Origin: Octopus vulgaris
Taxonomy: Eukaryota
Direction of reading: 5' to 3'
NCBI GenBank assembly: GCA_951406725.2
Contig: OX597816.1
Location: 135,408,001-135,472,000 of the forward strand
DNA: 64,000 nt
The notes under the pieces were generated by a model, which ran no database searches, was not told where the DNA came from, and worked only from the letters and a program-made list of their open reading frames with translations. Below, in pieces: positions 39,677 through 52,759 of this stretch; within the stretch, counting starts at the first letter, position 1; each line of letters begins with the position of its first letter. The translations under genes and the position numbers were made by a program.

Positions 39677-41285
39677 ATGGTTTCCCAGCCACCTTCCTCA
39701 AAGCGTGTAAGCATGCCCTGGCGAAACCCCTCAAGATTCTCTTCCAGAGCTTTCTTGCGAATGGCAAACTGCCAAGCAAGCTAAAGGAGGGAATAATATA
39801 CCCAATATATAAAGGGGGAGGTAGAGCAGATGCCAAAAACTATAGGCCTATCTCTCTGACTTCACACATCAGCAAAGTCATGGAACGGATAGTCAGAGAG
39901 AAACTAATCGCATTCCTTGAGGAAAATAACTTGCTGAGTGATACCCAGCATGGTTTTCGACCAGGTAGGAGCTGCCTGACTCAGCTCTTACAACATTATG
40001 ACTGGGTGTTGAGGCAGTTACTCAACAAATCAAATGTGGACGTAATCTACCTTGATTTTGCAAAAGCTTTTGACAAGGTGGATCATTGTATGATATGCCA
40101 CAAACAGCATGACCTCGGCATAGCTGGAAAACTTGGAGTGTGGTTACGTGACTTCCTGAAAGATAGGAGTCAGGCAGTAGTGGTTAATGGAGCCACCTCT
40201 ATGAACACACAAATAGTGAACGGTGTACCACAGGGCACTGTCTTGGGACCACTGCTTTTTATAGTGGCCCTCTCAGATATGCCCTCAAATGCCCGGATAG
40301 CCACTCTGGCCAGCTATGCAGACGATACGAAAGTCTCGCAGAAAATACAGAACCCCAGCGATGTTGCACACCTGCAGCAGGAGTTGGACTCAATCTACAG
40401 ATGGGCTGAGGGTAATAATATGCAGTTTAATGCTGAAAACTTCCAGGCCCTGTGCTACCAGCATCCAAAACTGAATATTAAAATTACAGGATACACCGGT
40501 CCACAGGGAATTTCAATCCCAGAGCCTAAGTCTGTGAGGGACCTGGGTATCGACATGAGTGATGATACCTCTTTCCAAGTGCACATTACCAGGATGGCGA
40601 CAAAGTGCAGACGACTGGCTGGGTGGATCCTAAGAACATTCAGAACCAGAGATAAGGAAACCATGATGGTCCTCTGGCGGACATTCGTCTTCAGCCGCCT
40701 GGATTACTGCTCACAGTTATGGTCACCCACCAGTGTGAAATTAACAGCGGACCTTGAAGCAATCCAGAGAAGATTCACAAAAAAGATCGTCTCTTTGCAT
40801 CAGCTCAGCTACTGGGAAAGGTTGAGACAGCTAAGTCTCTACTCCCTGGATAGAAGACGGGAGAGGTATGCAGTAATATATGTCTGGAAGGAATTATGCC
40901 AAATTTTGGCATTGTAGGCTACACCAATGCTAGGACGGGCCGACACTGCATAGTGCCAAAGATCCCAGCAACTCCATTGCGCTTCAGGACCAGCTACTGC
41001 AACAGCCTGGGTTTCAGGTGCCCATAACTTTTTAATATTTTCCCAAAGAGCCTAGGGAACCTGCACAAAGTAGATGTAGGCGTTTTTAAATCAAAACTGG
41101 ACATCTTCCTGCCGAGAGTCCCAAATGAACCTACCTCACGGCAAGAGGTGCAAATGAGGGTAGCTACATCAAACTCCATTCTTCACCAAGTGCCACATAT
41201 TGCAGGAGACTCTCAGTAATAACAGTGTAGCAAAACGGCGGTGCATCTGATGGTTGCAGCTGCGAGCTGAAACTACAGCAAAAAT
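39677..41285 (+). mobile_element. 5'-truncated young LINE (CR1/L2/Jockey supergroup) with open RT domain and 3' tail
   Basis: About 410 stop-free codons with KNYRPISLTS, QHGFRPGRSC, YLDFAKAFDKVDH, GVPQGTVLGP and YADD. There is one frameshift near 40890. The 3' tail GGCGGTGC...CAGCTGCGAGCTGAAACT is followed by an A/TA-rich tract. Confidence 0.93.
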
Positions 41286-41340
41286 ATATATATACGTATG
41301 ATATATATATTTATGATATAGATATGTATGATTTATATAT

Positions 41341-41682
41341 ATATATATAAACGGCAAAATGTCTGTCTGTGTGTATATCCTTTATACAAATCCACAATAT
41401 TTCAGTTAGAGGGCTCGCACCGTCCATAGCGGTCGTGCACATCTTTACATTTCCCCAGTCACCACGCAAAGCCATTTAAAAATCAATAGAAGTGACGTTT
41501 TTGTGAATTTTCTATCCAAAACCCAATCAAAATGACCGAAACTTGATACGCCAATTGAATGCCAGCTAGCTGTTTGTGATTGGTCGGGGATTTGGACAGT
41601 ACTCGCGTGTATGTGCGCACGCACGCAACTGTATATGCAAGCAATAGCACTATGATCCGGCAACGCCGGGTCATAGTGCTAG
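41341..41682 (+). mobile_element. Non-autonomous Helitron
   Basis: 5' TATATAAACGGCA..TGTCTGTCTG as in the 24171 copy; 3' CCGGCAACGCCGGGTCATAGTGCTAG|T. Confidence 0.8.
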
Positions 41683-41743
41683 TATATATATATGTATGAT
41701 ATATATGAGATATATATATATTATATATATGTATGACATATAT

Positions 41744-41781
<38 letters not shown>

Positions 41782-41827
41782 TGATATAGATATGTATGAT
41801 TTATATATATATATATATATATATATG

Positions 41828-42102
41828 ATGCCAGCGCCGCCTTGGCTGGCTTCCGTGCCGGTGGCACGTTAAAAGCACCAACCGATCGTGGCCGATGCCA
41901 GACCCCACTGGCACCTGTGCAGGTGGCATGTAAAAAGCACACACTACACTCGCGGAGTGGTTGGCGTTAGGAAGGGCATCCAGCTGTAGAAACACTGCCA
42001 GATCAGACTGGAGCCTGGTGCAGCCCTGGCTTCCCAGACCCCGGTCGAACCGTCCAACCCGTGCTAGCGCGGAAAACGGACGTTAAACGATGATGATGAT
42101 GA

Positions 42103-42105
<3 letters not shown>
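41828..42105 (+). mobile_element. Retroposon with internal GCCGGTGGCACGTAAAAAGCACC repeats and a (GAT)n tail; copies at 43445-43741(+), 45072-45310(-), 49338-49520(-), 49970-50300(-), 55260-55390(-), 55435-55782(+), 55945-56278(+), 60113-60330(+)
   Basis: Shared 3' segment GGTTGGCGTTAGGAAGGGCATCCAGC...CCAACCCATGCTAGCATGGAAAGCGGACGTTAAAC(GAT)n, consistent with an RTE-mobilised SINE. Confidence 0.8.
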
Positions 42106-42137
<32 letters not shown>

Positions 42138-42845
42138 ATAGATATGTATGATTTATATATACAGTTATGATATAGATATGTATAATATATATGAGATATA
42201 TATATGATATATGTATGATATATATATGTATATATATATATGAGATATATATATATATATGATATAGATATATGATTTATACATATATATGATATAGATA
42301 TATATGGTATATATGAGATATACTCTCTTTTACTTGTTTCAGTCATTGGACTGCGGCCATGCTGGAGCACCGCCTTTAATCGAGCAACTCGACCCCGGGA
42401 CTTATTCTATCGGTCTCATTTGCCGAACCGCTAAGTAACGGGGACATAAACACACCAACATCGGTTGTCAAGCAATACTACGGGGACAAACACAGACACA
42501 CAAACAAACGCACACACATATATATATACATATATACGATGGGCTTCTTTCAGTTTCCGTCTACCAAATCCACTCACAAGGCTTGGTCGGCCCGAGGCTA
42601 TAGAAGACACTTGCCCAAGATGCCACGCAGTGGGACTGAACCCGGAACCATGTGGTTGATAAACAAGCTACTTATCATGTATATGATATAGATACGTATG
42701 ATATATATATATTTTTTAAATCTTTTTTTATCTAGTTTCAGCTCACGAGCTGTGGCCATGCTGGGGCACCGCCATTGCTATCTCATATATATATATATAT
42801 ACATATTTATATATCATACATATCTATATCATATATATTTATATA

Positions 42846-42883
<38 letters not shown>

Positions 42884-42904
42884 TCCATATCTATATCATA
42901 TATA

Positions 42905-43090
42905 TATATATATATTTATATATCATACGTACCTATATCATATATATATATATAAATCATACGTACCTATATCATACATATATATATAAATCATACGTAC
43001 CTATATCATATATATATATATAAATCATACGTACCTATATCATATATATATATATATAAATCATACGTACCTATATCATATATATATATA
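42905..43090. repeat. Minisatellite of about 30 bp (AAATCATACGTACCTATATCA(TA)n); variants scattered over 39000-44380
   Basis: Directly visible tandem copies. Confidence 0.85.
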
Positions 43091-43148
43091 TAAAATCATA
43101 CATATGTATATATATATATATATATGATATACATATGTATGCTTTATA

Positions 43149-43181
<33 letters not shown>

Positions 43182-43224
43182 GAGATATATATATATATGA
43201 TATAGATACGTATGATTTTTTTTT

Positions 43225-43395
43225 CTAGTTTCAGCTCAGAGCTGCGGCCATGCTGATGCACCGCCGTTTTGTGCTACACTGTTATTATGACGAACCTCGT
43301 CTAATATGTGGCACTTGGTGAAGAATGTAGTTTGATACAGCTACTCTCATTCGCACCTCTTGCCGTGAGGTAGGTTCATTTGGGACTCTTGACAG
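43225..43395 (-). mobile_element. 3'-end fragment of the same LINE family as 39677-41285
   Basis: Reverse-complement match to 41115-41280 (AGAGTCCCAAATGAACCTACCTCACGGCAAGAGG...GCTGAAACT). Confidence 0.85.
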
Positions 43396-44629
43396 ATTTA
43401 TATATATATATATGATATAGATACGTATGATATATAAATATCACCATCCGTTCGTGGCTGTTGCCAGCCTCGCCTGGCCACCATGCCGGTGGCACATAAA
43501 AAGCACCATCCGATTGTGACCGTTTGCCAGACTCGTCTGACACCTGTGCCGGTGGCACGTAAAAAGCACCCACTACACTCATGGAGTAGTTGGCGTTAGG
43601 AAGGGCATCCAGCCGTAGAAACATTGCCAGATCAAACTGGGCCTGGTGCAGCCTTCTGGCTTCCCAGACCCCAGTTGAACCGTCCAACCCATGCTAGCAT
43701 GGAAAGCGGACGCTAAACGATGATGATGATGATGATGATGATATAGATATGTATGATATATAAATATATATATATATATATGATATAGATATGTAGGATA
43801 TATAAATATATATATATATATCTTCTCTCTTGCACTCTGTCAGTTACGACGACGATGAGGGTTCCGGTTGATCCGAATCAACGGAACAGCCTGCTCGTGA
43901 AATTAACGTGTAAGTGGCTGAGCACTCCACAGACACATGCACCCTTAACGTAGTTCTCGGGGATATTCAGCATGACACATAGAGTGACAAGGCCGGCCCT
44001 TTGAAATACAGGTACAACAGAAACAGGAAGTAAGAGTGAGAGAAAGTTGTGGTGAAAGAGTACAGCAGGGATCACCCCTATCCCCTGCCGGAGCCTCGTG
44101 GAGCTTTAGGTGTTTTTGCTCAATAAACGATATATATATATATATATATATATATGATATAGATATGTATGATATATAAATATATATATGAGATATATAT
44201 ATATGATATATGTATGAGATATATATATATATGATATAGATATGTATGATTTATATATATTATATATATATTATATATATATATATGTTATATATATATA
44301 AGATATAGATATGTATGATTTATATATGTAATATATGATATATATATGATATATATATATATGATATATATTATACATATATATTGTGGAGGAATGTGGC
44401 TTAGTGGTTAGAGTGTCAGCATCATGATCATAAGATTGTGCTTTCGATTCCTGGACCGGGCGACGTGGTGTGTTCTTCAGAAAAACACTTCATTTCACAT
44501 TGCTCCAGTCCACTCAGCTGGCAAAAATGAGTAACGCTGCGATGGACTGGCATCCTGTCCAGCTGGGGAACACATACGCCATTGAAACCGGGAAACCAGG
44601 CGCATGAGCCTGGATAGGCTATCTTATTT

Positions 44630-44680
<51 letters not shown>

Positions 44681-45353
44681 TATATATATAAATATATATA
44701 CTCTTTTATTTGTTTGTCATTTGACTGCGGCCATGCTGGAGCACCACCTTTAGTCGTACAAATCGACCCCAGGACTTATTCTTTGTAAGCTTAGTACTTA
44801 TTCTATTGGTCTCTTTTGCCAAACTGCTAAGTTACAGGGATTTAAACACACCAGCACCGGTTGTCAAGCGATATTGGGGTGACAATCACAGACACACATA
44901 TATATACATATATACGACGGGCTTCTTTCAGTTTTCATCTACCAAATCCACTCACATGGCTTTGGTTGGCCCGAGGCTATAGTAGAAGACACATGCACAA
45001 GGTGCCACGCAAAATATATATCTATATATATGATACATATGTAGGTGTGTGTGTATCATATATATATATATCATCATCATCATCGTTTAACGTCCGCTTT
45101 CCATGCTAGCATGGGTTGGACGGTTCAACTGGGGTCTGGCAAGCTCGAAGGCTGCACCAGGCCAGTCAGATCTGGCAATGTTTCTACAGCTGGATGCCCT
45201 TCCTAACGTCAACCACTCCTAGAGTGTAGTGGGTGATTTTATGTGCCACCGACACAGGTGCCAGACGAGGCTGGCAGACGGCCACGCTCAGATGGTGTTT
45301 TTATGTGGCATATATATATATATATATATATGCATACACACACACCTGTATAC

Positions 45354-45384
<31 letters not shown>

Positions 45385-45506
45385 TATTTATACATACATA
45401 CACCTATATATATATATCACAATCAAATACCTAAACACACACATGCGCCCACACTCAGATGTAGGTGGCACACACATGTGTGCATGTGAATACACAAACT
45501 TGAGGT

Positions 45507-45512
45507 TTTATT
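45507..45512 (-). promoter_or_regulatory. Candidate distal poly(A) signal (AATAAA) of HERPUD, implying a 3'UTR of about 2.35 kb
   Basis: AATAAA on -, followed downstream by GT-rich sequence, at the edge where the nearly repeat-free AT-rich block (45500-47860) meets the repeat-rich block. More proximal AATAAA sites also exist (about 47134 and 47454). Confidence 0.45.
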
Positions 45513-47861
45513 GAAGTACAGATGCCAGAAATACATTTTTGTTCATATTATGCATACACACTACTCACACAGTTCACTCCACTGAGAAATTTAATTGAAT
45601 TTACTTTTCCATGGTGTTTATATAAAACAAGTATTATGAATTAAATTCTAGCAGTTACTTCTAAAGGCTAGCAGCTTCTTATTTACAAAGTTTTGAATTT
45701 GAAAATCAACAACAAAAATCATAGGAATGCTCACAAAATACTTTGAATCCACTTTTTAATTAACATTTTTAATCTATACAATTTACATATAATTGAACAT
45801 ATAATATTCACTGAACCACGCCGAGAAATCATTTCTTCTTTTTTTTCACTTTAAGTCAAACCAAAATTGAATTACTCCTCCATAATGATATCACAGTCAG
45901 AATTCTGCATTTGTATTTAAGTAAAAGAAATTATAAAAAAAAAAAGAAAAGAAAAGAAAAAAAAATAATAATGAGTAAGAGGGAGGGGTAGTAGTGTAAG
46001 AAGCCATCTTGACACTACAAAAAGTTAAAATTAACAGAATTTCAAATATATGAAAAAAAACATTTTAACATTTGGACATAATTAAATCATTTGTAAATAA
46101 CTTTGTTTTGTTATACATAAAATAATGAAAAATGTAAAAAAGAAAAAGAAAGGTAATTACAGTGTTTAAAATTCAACCTAATAAATTTTAAACCAAAACT
46201 ACCCCAAAACAAGAAATCAAAAAGAAACCAGCTACCAGATAGTTGAAGGGTGATTCTAGTTCTTAATTTGGCTTAGTTAATGGTAAGCTAAGAACGAAAA
46301 TCAACCACTGAAATTATTATACAAATAAACCTGAATGAAACAGATACAAAGTTAAATTATATTAAGCAATGTTACAATTGACAATGTAGTTCACTGTAGC
46401 ATCCTTCCAATAAAGGACAGAAAAGCTTCACTTCCAAAGAGCACAACTCCATTTAAAGTACTCGTATATGAAAGATAAATATTTATAATAGCACAATGTG
46501 TTAATATATAAGTGCTTCTGTATATATATATTTTTTATACATCAAATGTTGTCCATCTCATCATTCTCCTCTTAACATAAGGGTGATATACTTAGTAAAC
46601 TGAACAGTATAGAAAGATATATTTACAAGATTTTTTTTAACATTTAGTTGAATTGTTTATGGGGGGGGGGGCTGATGCTTATATTCAATCGTAAATTACT
46701 TATTGAAAAAAAAGCTAAATCAGCACGATTTTGCTTTTAGTTCATTTTTCATTAAATGTATGTTTTTTAATGAAAAATCGGAAAACATTTTTAAGTAGCA
46801 CACATGATTTCTGTTGTTGTTATCTCCCTTAATAAGTAAATTTTCTAGATAGAGATTTTAAAAAAAAACGTTAAGTTTCAGTTATTTCAATTTTCGTATT
46901 GACAAGAAAACATAATTATGTGTATGAAAGGGAGATGTTTTTCTGCCATGTGAAATAAAAATTTGTGATAAACAAACAAAAAAAAATCAAAAATTAACTA
47001 CAATATATCAATTAAAACATCAACCTGGAGATTTAAATAGTGGATTTACGAAAGATATTCTAAACAAGGGAAGTAAAAAGAAAGTACCTCACAGGCATGA
47101 AAACTAATAAAATGAAATGCGACAAAATCGCAATTTATTTTAGATATCAGAATCTTTAAGACCTAACAAAAGAAAAAATATACAAATAAAAAAATGATAA
47201 ATAGCTATTATTAAACATTCTAAATTTCAAAACAGCCCTATTTTCTAAAGTAAAGGCAAAAAACAAAAACGGGGGAAATTTACGTAATTATTCCTTCAAA
47301 ATTAACAAATTGATTTAGAAACTACAATTTGTAATTTCTTCTTTAAAGTGTGATAATGACTCAGGAGTATGTAACCAGTAAGCATAAGAAAGACTTGAAT
47401 ACTTGGAGAAAAGATCATGTTTTACAAACTAAAGTGGGTTGCAAAAATTTCTGTTTATTCATTTTATTTGGTTTGTTTTCAGTTTTTATACCAAGATATA
47501 AAATAAAATGTATTTCAGATCTAAAATGTGAAATACTGGAGAGAATATAATTCAATACGAAGTGAGGCTTTACCAAACATAACAGAGCAAAAACCAAAGG
47601 AACTTAACCCTAGCCTTTTGCTACTGCTTAATTTGCTTGGTAAATATTCAATTTCATAAAGATTTTTCAGTTATTTAGTTATCATTTTAACCATAATCAT
47701 TAAGACGCCTGGTCATCGTCCCCAGAATACCAAAAGATATGTCAGGCTAGCCATCAAAGTGCTGAGTCCATTAAGAATTTTTTTTTCTGTATAATCAATT
47801 CATTATTTGAAATGTTTTCATCAGTTGATTACCATTCACTTTTTTTTCTTTTTTGAGACAC

Positions 47862-48020
47862 TTAGTTAGCATTCACAGCAGGAGGTTGCTGTGGAAATAA
47901 AGAAGTGAAAAATGTTCGCACAAGAAGCCAGACAAGAGAGAGGCCACGAGGAAGAGCTGGTTCCCGAGGTAGTTCTGACTGAGATTCATCTGAACCACTT
48001 TCATCAGAAGTGCCTTCGTT
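47862..48020 (-). CDS. HERPUD: HERPUD last coding exon: NEGTSDESGSDESQSELPREPALPRGLSLVWLLVRTFFTSLFPQQPPAVNAN*
   Basis: 159 nt from acceptor ttttcccccag to TAA (47864-47862). The C-terminus TFFTSLFP..PP...AN matches HERPUD2-type ends. Confidence 0.93.
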   Translation of the reverse strand, partial: NEGTSDESGSDESQSELPREPALPRGLSLVWLLVRTFFTSLFPQQPPAVNAN

Positions 48021-48427
48021 CTGGGGGAAAAAAAAGAAAGAATAGGATATAAATACTTAATAATGTTTCATCTCTGAAGAAGAGGTTAACAATTTTCTAG
48101 TAGTATCTGACGACTCCATCTCAAACGTTTAATCAGTAAATCTTAAAACTGATAAAATTTAATATGATAAAGATTTACAGAAAGTTGAAATCATGAAAAC
48201 TAAATGAAGACATATTTACCATTATATACTCTAAAACTTTAATTTCTGCACTGAATGGTTACTTGTTTTTCTTTGTTTCTATTTCTTCATTATATTTTGT
48301 TTTATATCAATTTATTAATGCTATTTTAGTGATATTCATATTATATGAGGGAATCTCAAGTTATTTCATAGTACACTACCTTTAAAAACCGGCTTTCAAA
48401 ATTCTTATCTAACACAGTTGAACTTAC

Positions 48428-48560
48428 TTGTGCATCGGGATTTTCATTTTGATGTTCATTAACAGCTGGAGCAGGTTGAGCTGCTGGTCCATTCTGATCC
48501 CCAGGAGGTGCACCCATAGCTACAGGCTGTCTTTGAACCTGGAACCAGCCAGCTTGATGA
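48428..48560 (-). CDS. HERPUD: HERPUD coding exon: HQAGWFQVQRQPVAMGAPPGDQNGPAAQPAPAVNEHQNENPDAQ
   Basis: 133-nt exon (phase 2 to 0) with acceptor gaacag and donor GTAAGT. The splice gives MLYI-HQAGWF, matching the Herp YLHQAGWF motif. Confidence 0.92.
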
Positions 48561-49686
48561 CTGTTCAAAAAAAAAGTATATGAATAAAATCACATAAAAA
48601 TGGTTGGAGCAATTACAGTAAAGTTGTCTGATACCTTTTTGTTTCACCAATTTTTGTTTCCCTTAAACACAACTGATGTCACTCCAACATTGTTTGCATA
48701 GTTGAAAAGAACAGTGGCCAGTGCCTAAGTGTTTTATAAATGACACACGCATGCACGCGCGTGCACACACACACATAACATGATTGAATGAATATTAAAG
48801 AGTTTTATTAAGTTATTTTATTATTGAGTGTGTTGAATACATCATTAATAGAAATATTTATGTTCATTTTTTCTGTACTGAAAGCATATACTAGCATACA
48901 CTTGCATAAGATTACATTTCTGTTTGCATTTTCTTATCTGTCTCCAATCAACCCTCATAATACTTTTTTCTGTTCATCTCTAATCAAATTATCTTTCATC
49001 AATCATCCAAACCATTGTAGAAGTGGTACCTACTCAATTTTCCACTTTCACAGTACATTATAGTTATAGCAAAAAAGACAGACAGTAGACAAAACAAGGA
49101 GTTGGATCTGGTGAATTATTTATAGGCACAAACATACACACTCACATACATTTATATACATGTGTGTGTGTATGATGGGCTTCTTTCAGTTTCTGTCTAC
49201 CAAATACACTCTCAAGGCTTTGGTTGGCCAGGGACTATACTAGAAGACACTTAACCAAAATGATACATTATGGTACTAGACCAAAAACCATGTGGTTGGG
49301 AAACTAACTTCTCAAGCCACACCTGCTCATATATATGATCATCATCATTTAACATCTGTTTTCCATGCTGGCATAGATTGGACTGTTTGACCAGAGTTTT
49401 GTAAGCTGAAGAGCTGCACCAGGTTCTACTGATTGGCTGGATGCCCTTCCTAATGCCAACCACTTTAAAAATGTGCTGGGTGCTCTTTATGTGGACTGGC
49501 ATGGGTGTTTTTTTTTTTACATGGACTGGCACAGATACCTTTTACATGGTTTTTGTGTGGGCTGGCACAGCATAAGAACATTTGCGAAGCTAAACCATTT
49601 CAGGCAGGGGGAAGCATTAACAATTCTGCTGTGGTAGACGGGTCTTCTTAAGTACCACAAGACACCAGATATCTCAGTCCTCTGTC

Positions 49687-49731
<45 letters not shown>

Positions 49732-50497
49732 CGAGAGAGAAAGAAAGTACATTTTTAAGTGTTGATATTCATGACATTACAATGAAGTCAAGGAAGAAAT
49801 ACATATTTTGAACAATCTGAGCTGGTTGTAATTAGTTGTAAATTGGCATCAGAATATGGTCAAATGAAAAAGTTGTATCACAGATTGGTATCTGTTGCAC
49901 TAAACAAGAACATAACCAGTATTTAAGCTAAATAATCTTTACACTCTTCACTCTAACTGCAAACTCAAATCATCATCATCATCATCATCGTTTAACGTCC
50001 GCTTTCCATGCTAGCATGGGTTGGATGATTTGACTGAGGTCTGGCGAACCAGATGGCTGCACCAGACACCAATCTGATCTGGCAGAGTTTCTACAGCTGG
50101 ATGCCCTTCCTAACGCCAATCACTCTGAGAGTGTAGTGGGTGCTTTTATGTGCCACCAGCACAAGTACCAGTAAGGGCGACGCAGGTAACGATCACGTTC
50201 TAATGGTGTTTTTTACATGCCACCGCCACAGAGGCCAGCTTGTTGCTCTGGCAACGATCACGCTCATATGGTATTCTTAGCGCTCCACTAGCAGGGACAC
50301 CAATCATCGAGTTTGATTTCGAGTAATTAGGAATATCTAGATTTGTATACAAAGAAAATTAAATAGTAATAAATGCATCTGCAAATAAAAATATCAAGAA
50401 TTTAAATAAGGAAGCATTTACAATTAAAGAGAAATATTGTCTTCAGAAAGGAAACACTAAGACAAGAGCAATTTGGTAAGGATATATATATACTTAC

Positions 50498-50782
50498 ATG
50501 TAAAGCATGAAACACGTTAAGAAAACAATCACAAAGCGGCTTAGAGTAGAATAAAAGTAGACAATGCCCATCAATATGGCAAACCGACATGCTGCATACA
50601 TCCAATCCAACCAGTCTCTTTGTTCAAATTCATCTTCATCATCCAGTACACCTTGTGCATTCATACGCAAGTTGGGGTTACGCTGTCGCACCTCTGGATT
50701 ATTTACCTCAGGCTGGTTATTTATACCATTGTTAGGAGGCATGTTTGTAGGAACAGGAGCTGGAATAGTACCAGATTGGTAG
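50498..50782 (-). CDS. HERPUD: HERPUD coding exon: YQSGTIPAP...NLRMNAQGVLDDEDEFEQRDWLDWMYAACRFAILMGIVYFYSTLSRFVIVFLTCFMLY(I)
   Basis: 285-nt phase 2/2 exon with acceptor ttctttttag and donor GTAAGT. It carries RMNAQG, RDWLDW and the hydrophobic membrane segment typical of HERPUD1/2. Confidence 0.95.
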
Positions 50783-52061
50783 CTAAAAAGAAGAAAAAAA
50801 CAGTAATTTATATTAGAGTAAAATATTTAGAATATTGACTCACTATTTACTTACAGTTAAGAAATTACCCCATCACTACCATCTTTATCTTCTTCCTAGC
50901 TACTCCCACCCAACCTTGGAGGAGGAGGAGTGCTTAATACAATTTCTGTTGACTACATTCACACACAAAGCATATATCAGTCCACAGCAACACTAGAAAT
51001 CACTTGCCCATAAGTTGCACACAGTGGGATTGAGCCCCAAATCATATAATTACAAAGAGAACTTCTTAACCACAGTTATGCCTGCACCTATCTGTCAAGC
51101 TACATTCAGACACTAAGTTTCAGTTCAGATTGCTTGATCAGAGAGCCAAAAGAGCAGTTAGTTATACACACACACACAAACAAACACAGAGTTTTATTTT
51201 ACATTTTAACATCTGCCGGCATCAGTTGTTAGTTGTCGGAGCACTACATCCTTCAAAACTTCCATGCTTTCTGAGATTCGCCAACACTACACCTGATTTT
51301 CTCCCCTCCATACACACACAAGCATGTATCTGACTCATACATTGTTCGCTTTCCAGACATTTGTACATTACTGCATACACTTTATACGCACTTTCTGACA
51401 AGCTGTGGTGCACCTGAGCACTGTATACAATAATTTCATTATTATTATATTTTTCTCAATAGCTACTACCAACTTGATTCTCTGGCAAAATTTTGCAAGA
51501 GAATCAAGTTAAATTTATATGTAAAACACAAATTGTCTCAAAGATTGAAAGCAATTGTAAAACATAGGTTGTTATATTTAATATTAGCAAATCCTTTAAT
51601 AAACTGTAACATACAAACCACCTAGTCATGGTGTCATCTTAGATATTATACCTAAACTAGCCGAATTATGTTTACTTTGTTAAGGACGCCCTCACAATTT
51701 CTCCATGCCAACACCATCATCATCAAAATCATTGTTTTAATGTTCAATCTTCCATGCATGCATGACAGTAACATTTGTTTACAACTACCACACAACATCA
51801 AAGCAAGAAGACACTAACACACACACATCATATCATATATGCATGTATACATGACAGGTTTCTTTCAATTTCTGTCTATCAAATCCATTTACAAGGCTTT
51901 GATTAGCCAGGAACTATAGCAAAATACACTTGCCTAAAGTTCCATGCAACGGGACTGAACCAAGAACCATGTGGTTGGGAAGCAAACTTCTGACCACACA
52001 GTCATGTCTGCTATCTCTTTTTTTTTCTCCTCAAGAAAGGATAACATGAAAGTTTACTTAC

Positions 52062-52208
52062 TATTGCATATACTGGGCCATGTACTGGGAGTACATTTGT
52101 TGCATCCATGCATATTGCTCAGGACTATAGAGAAAACCAGGTTGAGATAAAGGTCCCATCGGTGACATTATGTAAGGAACTTGCTGTGGAAATGGTGAAT
52201 TGGCCATG
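52062..52208 (-). CDS. HERPUD: HERPUD coding exon: MANSPFPQQVPYIMSPMGPLSQPGFLYSPEQYAWMQQMYSQYMAQYMQ(Y)
   Basis: 147-nt phase 2/2 exon with acceptor gttccag and donor GTAAGT. WMQQMY...YMQY matches the conserved central Herp motif. Confidence 0.9.
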
Positions 52209-52759
52209 CTGGAACATAGAAGACAGTTTAAAAGTTATAAAACTAGGTTAAAGTAGATTCAGTCATGATATTTTACACAAGTATTTGAAAACAATGAGTA
52301 ATTACATTGTTTACAGAGAAGACTTTTAGAAAACTTACACCATGTTGTGTTGTTTGTTAGCTTTGTTGTTGTGTACTAGTGATGTCACCAAAGAAAACAT
52401 GAGTTGTACAAGTCCAGAACCAACTCTTTGCCTTCATTCCCAGAGGACTACCAGTGCTTGATCTGCAGCAGAGCCTTCTAAGAACACATGAGACACACTC
52501 TGATCCATCTTCCACTTGAACAATGGACGAACATTACTATTATTATTATTATCACTGTTGTGCACTAGCATTAATATTGTTGCTGTGTGCTAGCATTGCT
52601 GTTGTGTGCTAGTGTTGTTATATGCTAGCATTGCTCTTATGAGCTACCTTAACTGTTGTGTGCTAGTATTGTTGTATGCTTCTGCTGTTGATTTGTGATA
52701 GCACTGTAGTCAATGTTTGCTCACAATGTTGTTGTATGCTGCTGATATTATGTTTCATT

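Noticed and set aside
48070-48130. CTGAAGA-AGAG...CTC-AAACG in the last HERPUD intron
   Set aside because: It lacks GAAA and a stem I, so it is compatible with chance.
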